Below are positions 1-8,085 of a stretch of DNA of 21,231 bases, piece by piece. The notes under the pieces were generated by a model. It was not told the origin of the DNA. It did no database searches and worked only from the letters and a program-made list of their open reading frames with translations. Made by a program: the position numbers and the translations under genes. Source of the stretch: Abditibacteriaceae bacterium (GTDB taxonomy: Bacteria > Armatimonadota > Abditibacteriia > Abditibacteriales > Abditibacteriaceae). How positions within the stretch are numbered: the stretch's first letter is position 1; every line of letters starts with the position of its first letter. The stretch covers positions 1-21,231 of the forward strand of contig JANPJS010000169.1 in the NCBI GenBank assembly GCA_031425655.1. Direction: 5' to 3'.

Positions 1-124
1 AACGCAAACAATGCCCCCCAAAAAACATTTTTTGGTGCGGTGGTTTGAAAACTGCGCCCCCTACCCCCCCACAAATAAGCGCCCGCTTATATTTTGGCGG
101 CCGCTTCTTGCTTTTACTGCGAAG

Positions 125-2707
125 TTATCGCGGTGTGACGGTTACGGTGACGGGCGGCGATTTGCGGTTGAGTGTGTCGGTTTGCGTTGCGCTGATGACG
201 AACTTCAAATCTTCCACATCTTTGGCGGTCGGCAATTCGATAGCGCGCGTTACCCAGTTGCCGTTCACGTCGGCTTGCACTTGCTGCGTGCCAAGTTCCT
301 GGGAAAACGGACGACGGCTCTCGAAGACGAGCAGGCGGGTGATCTGCGTGCCTTCGGCGCGGATGCTGACATCCACAATCGCGCCGGGCAAGGCTCTACC
401 ACGCACCGTCAAAGGCGATTGCACTTGTGCGTCTCTGCCGGGCGCAGTGATGGTTAACGCCGCCGGCTGCGCGACGTTGGCAGCGGCCAAAGAAACCTGC
501 GTAGTGGCCTCGTTGGTCACAGGCTGGTTGTCGGCGCCGGTAAAGCGGCCCACGACGCGAAGTTTTGCCGTCGCTTCGTTGCCTTGAACGGTGTAAGTGC
601 CCTGATAACGGCCCGGCTCGATTTCGCGCATCGGGATGTTGTTGGCGATGAGGCGATTATTGTCGCCGACCAAGTCGAAGGTGGCGCGACCGTTGGCGGC
701 GCCGCGCAGTTCGGTAACCAGCACGTCGCCGGCGCGCATGGCGGCACGCGCATTGTGCGTGACCGAAGCAGCGGCGCGGTTGACGCCGACGACCGTGAAG
801 GTGGAAATCACCGGCGTGACATTGCCGGCAGCGTCCACGACACTGGCGTTCATGTTCACTTGTCCGGCGGGCAGGGCGCGCGGCGTTTCGCCACTGATGC
901 CGCCCACAACGACAACGGCGGGCACGTCAATTTTCTGGCCCGTGGCTGTCGTGAGAGTGATGGTGCCGCGTGCCAGTCCGCCGCCGCCGATGTCGTCGGC
1001 GTAAATGGCGATGTTCGGCATGGTGTTGTTGGTCTGGCTGCCGATGGCCGGGAAGATGCCGGTCACGCGCGGCGCCTGCGTGTCAATGGTGATCGGCGCC
1101 TGCGATTGCTGCACGTCCTGGGCGTTGTTCTGGCCGAGCATAGTGACGGTCACGCGCCCGTTCAGCACGTCGTCGCCGGGACGCACGTTGTAAATCGCCA
1201 CATAAGTGCCGGGACGATCCGGGCGCTCGCTGAGAGGCTGCGGCGCCATGCGCGGCGACAGCGTAAAGGTGCCGCGCAGGCCGGTGTTGGCGCGCACCAC
1301 AACTTGCACGGTTTGTGAAGCGCGCAACGGCAGCGTCGCGGTGTGCGCCACGCTTTGAATCTGTGGCGCGCCGGGCGGCGGGGTGCCGGGCTGTGTGCCG
1401 GGATTGGTGCCCGGAAAGGTTCCGGGATCAGTGCCGGGAATCAGTCCGCCCGGATTGGTGCCGGGAATTAAACTTCCGGGATTCGTTCCCGGCGGCGTGT
1501 TCGGCGTTTGATAAGCTGGGCCAGTGGCCGGATTGGGCTGGTTGCCGGTCATGCGCAAGTCGCTGGGGCGCGATGAAATTTGAAAAATCGTCATCGTCGA
1601 AGGCGCGATGTAGAGCGCGACGTTATCGCCGGCCTTGACATCGGGCGTCTTGATTTCACGATTGGCGGAACCCCAAAAGCGCACGCCGCCCTGTGCCGGA
1701 TCGCCGACGGCTAACGTAGTATTGCGTCCGTCGTCGAGGACAATGCGGTTGTTTTGCACCGAGCGCACGCGGGCCGGAGCCAGCAAAGTTGAGGCGCTGA
1801 CATCGGTTACGAGGTTGCCGGCGCCGATTCGCAAGGTCACTTCTTCACCGGGCGCGAGACCTCCGAAACTCAGGCGCACAGGCTGCCCGAAGTCGGGTGT
1901 GGCTCCGTTTTGTGGAATCTGCGCCGTAACGCGCGAAAGGCGCGCATCGTCGGCCACATTATAGGCCACAAGGCGCGATGTGCCATCGTTTGCGCGCACC
2001 CGCAGCGTCAGCGTGGCCGGCGGAGCCGCGTCTACTTTGACGACAATGCCACTGACTTCGTTGGCTTGGGGCACTCCGACTGGCGGCTGATAGCCCGGCG
2101 TTCCAGGAGTAACCGGCGGCGTCACAGGGTTGGGATTAATCGGTGGTGTGACAGGCGGCGTCACAGGATTGGGATTGATCGGCGGCGTGACCGGCACGGG
2201 TAAGCCTCCGGGCGGCCCCGCCTGCGTGTCGGTAATGAAGACCGCGCTCTGGATTTCGCTCCAGCGCACTTCGGCGCCCATCGCTTCGCCCACGAAACGC
2301 AGCGGCACCATCGTGGCGCCGGCGTAGAGCAGAGGCGGCTGGTCGAGCGTCACAGCTTGCCCGTTAATCGTGGCGTTGCGGTTGCCGATCTGCATTTGCA
2401 CCACGGTCGCGGCGCGCTGGGCGTTGATGCCCTGCGTGCCCGCATCCCATTGCACCTGAGCGCCCAATGCCTCGAAAATCGAGCGCATCGGCACCATGAC
2501 GCGCCCTCCGATGCGGGCCGGACGAGCGCCGGAAAAGCTCAACGGGCGCTCGTTGATATAAACCCCGATGTCGCGTCCTTGCGCCAAAGCGCGCGGCGCG
2601 GCGCCCGGCAAAACGATGGGAGCGCCGAAAGTCAGCACGGTCGCGCCTCCCATTATCAGTAAGCGTGCGGTCATGCGGTTCGGGCCTGTCTTGGAACGAT
2701 GTTTCAT
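125..2707 (-). CDS. Secreted/surface protein (~860 aa) with N-terminal copper amine oxidase-like (stalk) domain, Pro-rich linkers and C-terminal Ig-like beta domains
   Basis: Start trimmed from 2875 to ATG at 2707 (MKHRSK..., AAGGA upstream; alternative ATG at 2674). A signal-peptide-like segment ends ALA-Q. GRVMVPMRSIFEALGAQVQWD and GATMVPLRFVGEAMGAEVRWS match the Cu_amine_oxidN1 pattern. IDTQAPRV and DAAGN are typical of bacterial Ig-like repeats. Confidence 0.85.
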   Translation of the reverse strand: MKHRSKTGPNRMTARLLIMGGATVLTFGAPIVLPGAAPRALAQGRDIGVYINERPLSFSGARPARIGGRVMVPMRSIFEALGAQVQWDAGTQGINAQRAATVVQMQIGNRNATINGQAVTLDQPPLLYAGATMVPLRFVGEAMGAEVRWSEIQSAVFITDTQAGPPGGLPVPVTPPINPNPVTPPVTPPINPNPVTPPVTPGTPGYQPPVGVPQANEVSGIVVKVDAAPPATLTLRVRANDGTSRLVAYNVADDARLSRVTAQIPQNGATPDFGQPVRLSFGGLAPGEEVTLRIGAGNLVTDVSASTLLAPARVRSVQNNRIVLDDGRNTTLAVGDPAQGGVRFWGSANREIKTPDVKAGDNVALYIAPSTMTIFQISSRPSDLRMTGNQPNPATGPAYQTPNTPPGTNPGSLIPGTNPGGLIPGTDPGTFPGTNPGTQPGTPPPGAPQIQSVAHTATLPLRASQTVQVVVRANTGLRGTFTLSPRMAPQPLSERPDRPGTYVAIYNVRPGDDVLNGRVTVTMLGQNNAQDVQQSQAPITIDTQAPRVTGIFPAIGSQTNNTMPNIAIYADDIGGGGLARGTITLTTATGQKIDVPAVVVVGGISGETPRALPAGQVNMNASVVDAAGNVTPVISTFTVVGVNRAAASVTHNARAAMRAGDVLVTELRGAANGRATFDLVGDNNRLIANNIPMREIEPGRYQGTYTVQGNEATAKLRVVGRFTGADNQPVTNEATTQVSLAAANVAQPAALTITAPGRDAQVQSPLTVRGRALPGAIVDVSIRAEGTQITRLLVFESRRPFSQELGTQQVQADVNGNWVTRAIELPTAKDVEDLKFVISATQTDTLNRKSPPVTVTVTPR
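2115..2192. repeat. Intragenic 39-bp tandem duplication encoding a (VTPPINPNPVTPP)x2 linker
   Basis: 2115-2153 vs 2154-2192 match at 34/39 positions. A second low-complexity PGT(N/D/Q) repeat linker lies at about 1381-1500. Confidence 0.85.
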
Positions 2708-2885
2708 CTTTTTTCGCTTCCTTTTTCGGAAAATTCGCAGATTGATTGTCGCCCGGCTTTCAGCAAAGGCCGGGCCGGGCCGACAATTCCCAGCAAGTGG
2801 AAAACGGCGTTCGGCGTTGGACGACAGACAACGCACAGAGTTTACAAAAGCATTGGCCGCCAAACCGCGAGTCACGCGGCGCGAC

Positions 2886-2894
2886 TGCTAAACT
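2886..2894 (+). promoter_or_regulatory. Putative extended -10 element (TGcTAAACT) for the Gfo-like gene
   Basis: TGnTAnnnT motif 28 nt upstream of ATG 2923 in a divergent intergenic region. Motif match only. Confidence 0.3.
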
Positions 2895-2922
2895 GTGTCT
2901 GCCTTACGAGGCGAGATTTATT

Positions 2923-4179
2923 ATGCGACGTGTGCGAATCGGCATCATCGGGGCGGGCGCTCTCACCGAGTGGGCGCTTTTGCCGGCCTTATCCGGCCCG
3001 GACGCAGCGTTGCCGCCCGACACCGGCGCGTGGTGGGGCAGGCGTCCCGGCGCGCACTCGGAAATTCATTACCAGCCTCCGGCTTTGCCCGATGTCGCCG
3101 CGATTTGCGATGCCGATGCGGCGCGCGTGCGCCGTGTGGCCGAAGCTGGGCGTGTGCGCGCCGTTTACACCGACTGGCGCCAAATGCTGCGCGAAGTGCC
3201 TTTGGACGCGCTGTTTTGCGCCTCCGGCCCAGACGTGAATGCCGAAGTATTGCTGGCGATGCGCGGCGATTTAGGCCCGCGCCACGTCTGGGTTGACGGC
3301 CCGCCGGCGTCCTGCGCGCAAGCTGCCGCCGACTTGGAAAAATTGTTGTCGCCTTCCATTTCGGGGCGCCAATTACAATTATGGTGCGCTCGTCCTCTGC
3401 GTCAGGCGGCGGCGCATCGCGCAGCGTGGCGGCTACTCGAACGCGGCTCAATCGGCCCGGTTTCGGCATTGTCGCTGCGCTGGGGCGCCGGATTATTTCG
3501 TCCGCGCGATCCCGCCGCTAACGGCAACGTAAAACCGCTGACGCCCGACGGCGAGCGCGCGTTAGCATCAAGCTTTGCTGCTATTGATTTGCTTTTGGCG
3601 TTCGCCGCGCCGGTTAACACAGACGAAAAAGTCGCATGGGACGTGTCGGCGGCGCCTGTCGCGGTGTGTGGCTCGGAGCGCAACGGCGCGGCCACGTTAT
3701 GGATGCATTTCGCCGACGGCAGCGCCGCGACCGCGCTTTTCGCGTCCGCCGAAAACTGGAGTTCGCCGTTGCCACGTCTTGAAATCGTTGGCACCGAAGG
3801 CCGTTCGATCATATGCGAAGGCGGGCGCAGGCTTTGGCTGCACGAGCCGCGCGAAGCCGCGCGCTTGTTGGAGCCGCCCGGTCTGGCGGCACAGATTTCG
3901 GCGGCGAATTTAGTCGGTGTTGCCGAAGATATTAAGGCGTTTTTGGCGTGGAGCGTGGCAAAAAGCCGCGTTGTTGAGCAAGCGGAGCGGCGTCCGGCGT
4001 TGGAAGGCGCGATCCGGGTGTTGCGCGTTTTAGAAGCCGTGGGCGAATCGCTGCGCACCGGACGAATTGTAGAAGTCGAGCCTTCCGGGCCGCGTTCGAC
4101 ACTCGAAGAAACCGCGCCGGTCGCCGAGCTTTCTGCGCCTTCTGTAATGGCCACGCTGCCGCTGGACTGGGCGAACTAA
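2923..4179 (+). CDS. Gfo/Idh/MocA-family oxidoreductase-like protein (~418 aa), divergent
   Basis: Start trimmed to ATG 2923 (MRRVRIGIIGAG, Rossmann motif). Also has VAAICDAD, YTDWRQML..LDA and LEIVGTEG. The canonical EKP position reads DGPP. Confidence 0.8.
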   Translation: MRRVRIGIIGAGALTEWALLPALSGPDAALPPDTGAWWGRRPGAHSEIHYQPPALPDVAAICDADAARVRRVAEAGRVRAVYTDWRQMLREVPLDALFCASGPDVNAEVLLAMRGDLGPRHVWVDGPPASCAQAAADLEKLLSPSISGRQLQLWCARPLRQAAAHRAAWRLLERGSIGPVSALSLRWGAGLFRPRDPAANGNVKPLTPDGERALASSFAAIDLLLAFAAPVNTDEKVAWDVSAAPVAVCGSERNGAATLWMHFADGSAATALFASAENWSSPLPRLEIVGTEGRSIICEGGRRLWLHEPREAARLLEPPGLAAQISAANLVGVAEDIKAFLAWSVAKSRVVEQAERRPALEGAIRVLRVLEAVGESLRTGRIVEVEPSGPRSTLEETAPVAELSAPSVMATLPLDWAN

Positions 4180-4362
4180 GAGTCTGTGCTCAAATAAAGT
4201 TATTTGGGTAAAAACGGCCCAACGGCAAAAAATTGAGTGGCAAAAAATAAGGGCATCCATGGCATTTCGGATGAGAAATCCCACTTTTTCACCATTTTTT
4301 GCCATTCAATTTTTTGCCACTCAATGGCAACGGACTGAATAACTCTTTTTGAGCACAGACTT
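4180..4362. mobile_element. MITE-like element (183 bp) with IS5/IS1031-type ends and TAA target duplication
   Basis: Perfect 14-bp IR AGTCTGTGCTCAAA (4181-4194) / TTTGAGCACAGACT (4348-4361), extending to 22/24 (4181-4204 vs 4338-4361). Flanked by TAA at 4177-4179 (the upstream stop codon) and at 4363-4365. No transposase ORF. Confidence 0.65.
4224..4325. repeat. Internal inverted array of 15-bp GGCAAAAAATTGAGT-type units
   Basis: ATTGAGTGGCAAAAAAT (4232-4248) is a perfect 17-bp IR of 4309-4325. Each arm has two GGCAAAAAA units 15 bp apart. Confidence 0.8.
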
Positions 4363-4365
4363 TAA

Positions 4366-4469
4366 GAATTTAGAATTGCGAATGGAGAATGTAGAAACGG
4401 CGCTGCGGCGACAAATACGCTTCTTATAATCTCCGATTTTCTCAATTCTTCATTCGCAATTCCAAATTC
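4366..4469. repeat. Inverted heptamer-array element (GAATNNN)x4
   Basis: GAATTTA-GAATTGC-GAATGGA-GAATGTA-GAA (4366-4396) vs the reverse complement of 4439-4469, GAATTTG-GAATTGC-GAATGAA-GAATTGA-GAA: 27/31 match, 42-bp spacer. Confidence 0.85.
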
Positions 4470-4474
4470 AAACT

Positions 4475-5785
4475 ATGTCACGCCGCTCGTCGCTCGACGA
4501 AAACCAGAATTCGCACCAAGTGCTTGATCCACTTGGCATTTACGACACGCGCACCCAGCAGCGTCGGGTTGGCGCGCGGCGTCAGCGCATCGCGCAGCAA
4601 TTAGTGGCGTTGTTTGCTTTGGCCGGGTTGATCGGAGCGGCGCTGATATTTTTGCAGCGTCCGTTTCGGCCCGTTCTCAAAGGAGCGCGCGTGGCTTGGA
4701 TTCAGGCGCCCGGCGCGGCTGCGGTTTTGGCTTCGGATGCGCGCGGCACACGACTGCTTTTGCCTTCACAGAGCGGCGATTTGCAGAGTTTCGATCCGGC
4801 GAGCGGCGCTTTGACGACGCTGCTCGATACGGCGTTTCCGCTGCGCGCAACGCCGCTGGTGCTGCGTAATATCGCCTACGCGCCTTGCGAGGATGGCTCA
4901 CTTTACGCTGTGGATTGGCACACGGCTCGAACTCTCTGGCAGCGTCCGACCGGCGCCTCGCTCAGTGCGCGCCCGGCTTTAGTCGAAATCAATCTGCCGC
5001 CGCGTCCTCCGCTTTTGAGGAGCGTATTAAAACAGTTTGTGGTCATCGGAAACGATGCCGGACGCATTCAAAGTCTGGAAGCGGGCAGCGGGCGTGTGGC
5101 TTGGCAACGCTGGGCCGGCGCGCCGGTTGGCAGCGGTCTGGTGGCGGTTCCGGGCCTGAAAAACCAAGCGCCGCGCGTTTTGGTGCCTTTGATGGACGGA
5201 ACGGCCAACCGCGGCGGATTGTGGTGTCTGGATGCACGCTCCGGCGCGCCGTTGTGGAAGTTTCCGCGAGATAGAAAAACGCCGTCGCCTCAGTTGGCGC
5301 CGCCGGCTCTCGATGCCGCTGGCGACCGCGTATTTTGTGGCGACGATATGGGCGCTCTGACGTGTTTGCGTTTGCGTGACGGCGCACGGCTCTGGAAAAC
5401 CTACGCCCAGCCTCGGCCCGGCTCACGCGAAGCTGTTTTGCTGCGGGGCGAGCCACTTTTCCAGCGCGATAGATTTGGGGAGCGCGTGATCGTGGGCGCT
5501 AACGACGGCTTCGTGCGAGGCTTCGATGCCACTAAAGGCCGCCTTTTGTGGAGCTACTATGCCGGTGCGCCGGTGCGTTGTTTACCATTATCTCTACAAA
5601 GTGACGGGCGCCCGGCAGTCCTCGTCGGCTGTGACGGCCCGCAAATGTGGCTGCTCGATGCCCAAAGCGGTGGCATTCTGCGCGAACTGCGCACCGACGG
5701 CAACGCTTCGTTTACGCCGTTGGCATGGAATAACGCGTTCTACGTCGCCACGGCGCGCGGCAGTGTGGAAAAATTTCGCTTTTGA
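4475..5785 (+). CDS. Membrane-anchored PQQ-binding-like (BamB-like) beta-propeller protein, 436 aa
   Basis: N-terminal hydrophobic helix LVALFALAGLIGAALIFL. Repeated blades: DGSLYAVDWHTARTLW, GLWCLDARSGAPLW, DGFVRGFDATKGRLLW. Confidence 0.85.
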   Translation: MSRRSSLDENQNSHQVLDPLGIYDTRTQQRRVGARRQRIAQQLVALFALAGLIGAALIFLQRPFRPVLKGARVAWIQAPGAAAVLASDARGTRLLLPSQSGDLQSFDPASGALTTLLDTAFPLRATPLVLRNIAYAPCEDGSLYAVDWHTARTLWQRPTGASLSARPALVEINLPPRPPLLRSVLKQFVVIGNDAGRIQSLEAGSGRVAWQRWAGAPVGSGLVAVPGLKNQAPRVLVPLMDGTANRGGLWCLDARSGAPLWKFPRDRKTPSPQLAPPALDAAGDRVFCGDDMGALTCLRLRDGARLWKTYAQPRPGSREAVLLRGEPLFQRDRFGERVIVGANDGFVRGFDATKGRLLWSYYAGAPVRCLPLSLQSDGRPAVLVGCDGPQMWLLDAQSGGILRELRTDGNASFTPLAWNNAFYVATARGSVEKFRF

Positions 5786-5880
5786 GCGTCCCCTTGCGTG
5801 CGCGGCGATTGTCAAAGCGACCGTCGGCAGCAATTCCAACTTTCCTGCCGATCAACTCATTTTTTGTGGTGTTGCTTCTT

Positions 5881-8025
5881 ATGAACAAACGATTTTGTCT
5901 CGTTTTTCTTCCTTTTCTGTTGTGCAGCATGGTTGCGGCGCAAAACGCTCAGCGCGGTCGCGGCTTGCCCGATACGCGCGTTATGTTTGTGGACACGGCC
6001 ACGATTGACGGCCTGACCACACTCACGACGCGCGAAGACGTAGATGCCGTGACGTTGGACGTGACACGGGCGCAGTTAAACGCTCGTCCGGCGGCGGCGC
6101 AGGCGCTTTTATCGTGGGTGGCGCGCGGCGGCGTGGTTTATGTGCATAGCGATGCGGCGCAGCTTTTCGGTTACCGCACGGTTGTGGTGCGTCCCGGCAC
6201 AGCACGACAGGCCGGACAGTATTTCGGACGCGCCCGCGCTGCGCTGCCGCTCGGAGGGCACCGGTTGCTGTGGGGCAATGCCACGCGCCCGACGCGCGGC
6301 CCTCGTTCGCTGGAAGTGCGCGTGGTGTTTTATCAGATGACGGCGGGCGACCAACTCGTCGTAGATCATCCTGCCGGCGTGGGTTTGTTGGCCGTAACCG
6401 ATTTGGCCGGGCCGGCCACGGCTCGCCCGCTTTACGCCGCCGCGGCGGCTCCGTTTGGCGCCGGATGGGCGCTGTTTACACCGTATTTCGTGGAAACGCA
6501 TCGCGCCGATGGCGCCGCGTTCGCGCAAAACCTTTCGCGCTTCGCCGTCGAAGCCGGAGCCACGGCGCGCCATAATTTCAGCGGCAAATACGAAGATGCC
6601 GATTTAGTCGCGGTGCCCGGCTCCCTTCTTGACCGCGCGCCCGGCGTTGGTGAAGCGGGCGCGGCCACTTGGACGAATTTGCTGTTGCCAATCCGTGGCG
6701 CGACCACGCAAGGCGACACCGCCGTAATTGACGCCACGCCGCGCCCTGCTGCTCTGGAACCAGTGCTTTTGGCGACACGGCGCGATGTGCGCGCTTTGTC
6801 GTTTGGCCTCAGCCGCGATGCCGGCGAGCCGGCGCAAAACGCCGCCCGCGCTTTGCTGGCCACGCTGCGGGCGCGTCTGGCTTTGCAGCGCAATTTGCCG
6901 CAGCGCGCCGCCGACCAAGTTGCCGTCGCCGTGCAGTTTGCGCCCCAGGCTGCCGAAACGCTGTGGCTGCAAGGCGCTTTGGCGGCGGCGTTCGCACAAG
7001 ACCTCGGCCAATCGTCGCAAACGCGCGCCGTGGCGTTTCGTAACGCCGCGCAAAATTGGGACGGCGCCCTGCGCGGCACTTCGCTGTCGGCTTATTTAGT
7101 GGGACAAGACCCGGCCCGGCTGCCCGGCGCGACCACAAGTGCCGCCGCCACTTTAATCGCCGATGTGCCGCGCGATTTAGTGCAGTTATGGCGCGACAGC
7201 ACCGCGTTTTTAGCGGCTCAGGCCGCTGCCGAGCCGCCTTTGGTGCAAACGCTGGGAGCCGCAAGCGGAAATGCCACGGTGATGCGGTTTTTCGCCAATG
7301 ATCCGACGCTGAATGTGCTTGGCCCAACGGCGAATTTGCTGACGCGCGGCGATGCGACGGTCGGCTGGCGCGCCGACCGTCAGGAGGTGCTGCTTTTCCC
7401 CAACTTCAATTATCTTCGGTCTTATCGCGCGGCTGCCGGTGCTTATCCTCAGCAAGCGTTTTTGCCCGATCCGTGGCGCGGCGACGTGAACGGGCAGCGC
7501 ATTCTGATGTTGTCGGGTGCGCCGCAAACGCTGCTCGGCGGCCCCAATCCGATGCAGAATAACGCTCTTTCCATCGCCGGCCAAACGCCCGATTTGACGC
7601 CTGCGGTGCTGATGGCGCGTTTGCACGCTTACGTTCTCATTGACGCTTTGGCCGAAGGCGGCACGCCGGTGCCGCTGTGGATGCAGCTTGGTTTGTCGGG
7701 CATGGTCAACGCCGGCACGACCTCGAATTTAGTTGCGGCATCGCGCATGGCCCAAGCCACCACGGCATCGCTGCAATCGCGCGGCTTGTTCACGCCGGAG
7801 CAGTTCGCGCGCTCCGGCGTCCCCGTCAATACGCTGACCGGCGCCGAAGCGCAGGGCTTGCGCTTGATGCTCTTCTTTTACAATCGCTTCGGAGCGGGTC
7901 GCGTTGCTGAAACTTTGCAGCGTTTAGGCTCCGGTCAAAGCGTGGAAGCCGCGCTCCAGGCCACGACGGGTTTGACCGAAGCGCAGTTTTTCGCCGCATG
8001 GCAACAAGCCGAGTTTGGCCGCTAA
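5881..8025 (+). CDS. Secreted hypothetical protein (~714 aa): GATase1-like N-terminal fold, Ala-rich helical middle, degenerate peptidase-MA-like C-terminus
   Basis: Start trimmed to ATG 5881, giving signal peptide MNKRFCLVFLPFLLCSMVAA. LLSWVARGGVVYV resembles the class I GATase-like fold. PLWMQLGLS...FFYNRFGAGRVAETLQRLGSGQSVEAALQATTGLTEAQFFAAW resembles peptidase MA-like C-termini. Confidence 0.7.
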   Translation: MNKRFCLVFLPFLLCSMVAAQNAQRGRGLPDTRVMFVDTATIDGLTTLTTREDVDAVTLDVTRAQLNARPAAAQALLSWVARGGVVYVHSDAAQLFGYRTVVVRPGTARQAGQYFGRARAALPLGGHRLLWGNATRPTRGPRSLEVRVVFYQMTAGDQLVVDHPAGVGLLAVTDLAGPATARPLYAAAAAPFGAGWALFTPYFVETHRADGAAFAQNLSRFAVEAGATARHNFSGKYEDADLVAVPGSLLDRAPGVGEAGAATWTNLLLPIRGATTQGDTAVIDATPRPAALEPVLLATRRDVRALSFGLSRDAGEPAQNAARALLATLRARLALQRNLPQRAADQVAVAVQFAPQAAETLWLQGALAAAFAQDLGQSSQTRAVAFRNAAQNWDGALRGTSLSAYLVGQDPARLPGATTSAAATLIADVPRDLVQLWRDSTAFLAAQAAAEPPLVQTLGAASGNATVMRFFANDPTLNVLGPTANLLTRGDATVGWRADRQEVLLFPNFNYLRSYRAAAGAYPQQAFLPDPWRGDVNGQRILMLSGAPQTLLGGPNPMQNNALSIAGQTPDLTPAVLMARLHAYVLIDALAEGGTPVPLWMQLGLSGMVNAGTTSNLVAASRMAQATTASLQSRGLFTPEQFARSGVPVNTLTGAEAQGLRLMLFFYNRFGAGRVAETLQRLGSGQSVEAALQATTGLTEAQFFAAWQQAEFGR

Positions 8026-8085
8026 TCGCTGCGAACTGTTATTGGTGAGCAACTTTGGCCTTTGTTAACAGTTCTAAACAAGACA

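Noticed and set aside
77..106. Imperfect hairpin AAGCGCCCGC/GCGGCCGCTT downstream of the first gene
   Set aside because: It could be a terminator, but the 9/10 stem, 10-nt loop and poor U-tract are too weak to call.
11..2662. Many plus-strand ORFs opposite the large surface-protein gene, and similar shadow ORFs throughout the window
   Set aside because: Antisense or alternate-frame ORFs are expected in high-GC coding DNA, and these have no recognisable motifs.
2708..2922. Overlapping N-terminal extensions of ORFs 125..2875 (-) and 2746..4179 (+)
   Set aside because: Family similarity and signal features begin at ATG 2707 and ATG 2923. The extensions simply cross the divergent promoter region.
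4224..4469. Repeat clusters considered as a possible CRISPR array
   Set aside because: The units are 7-15 bp, tandem and inverted, with no unique ~30-bp spacers and no cas genes.
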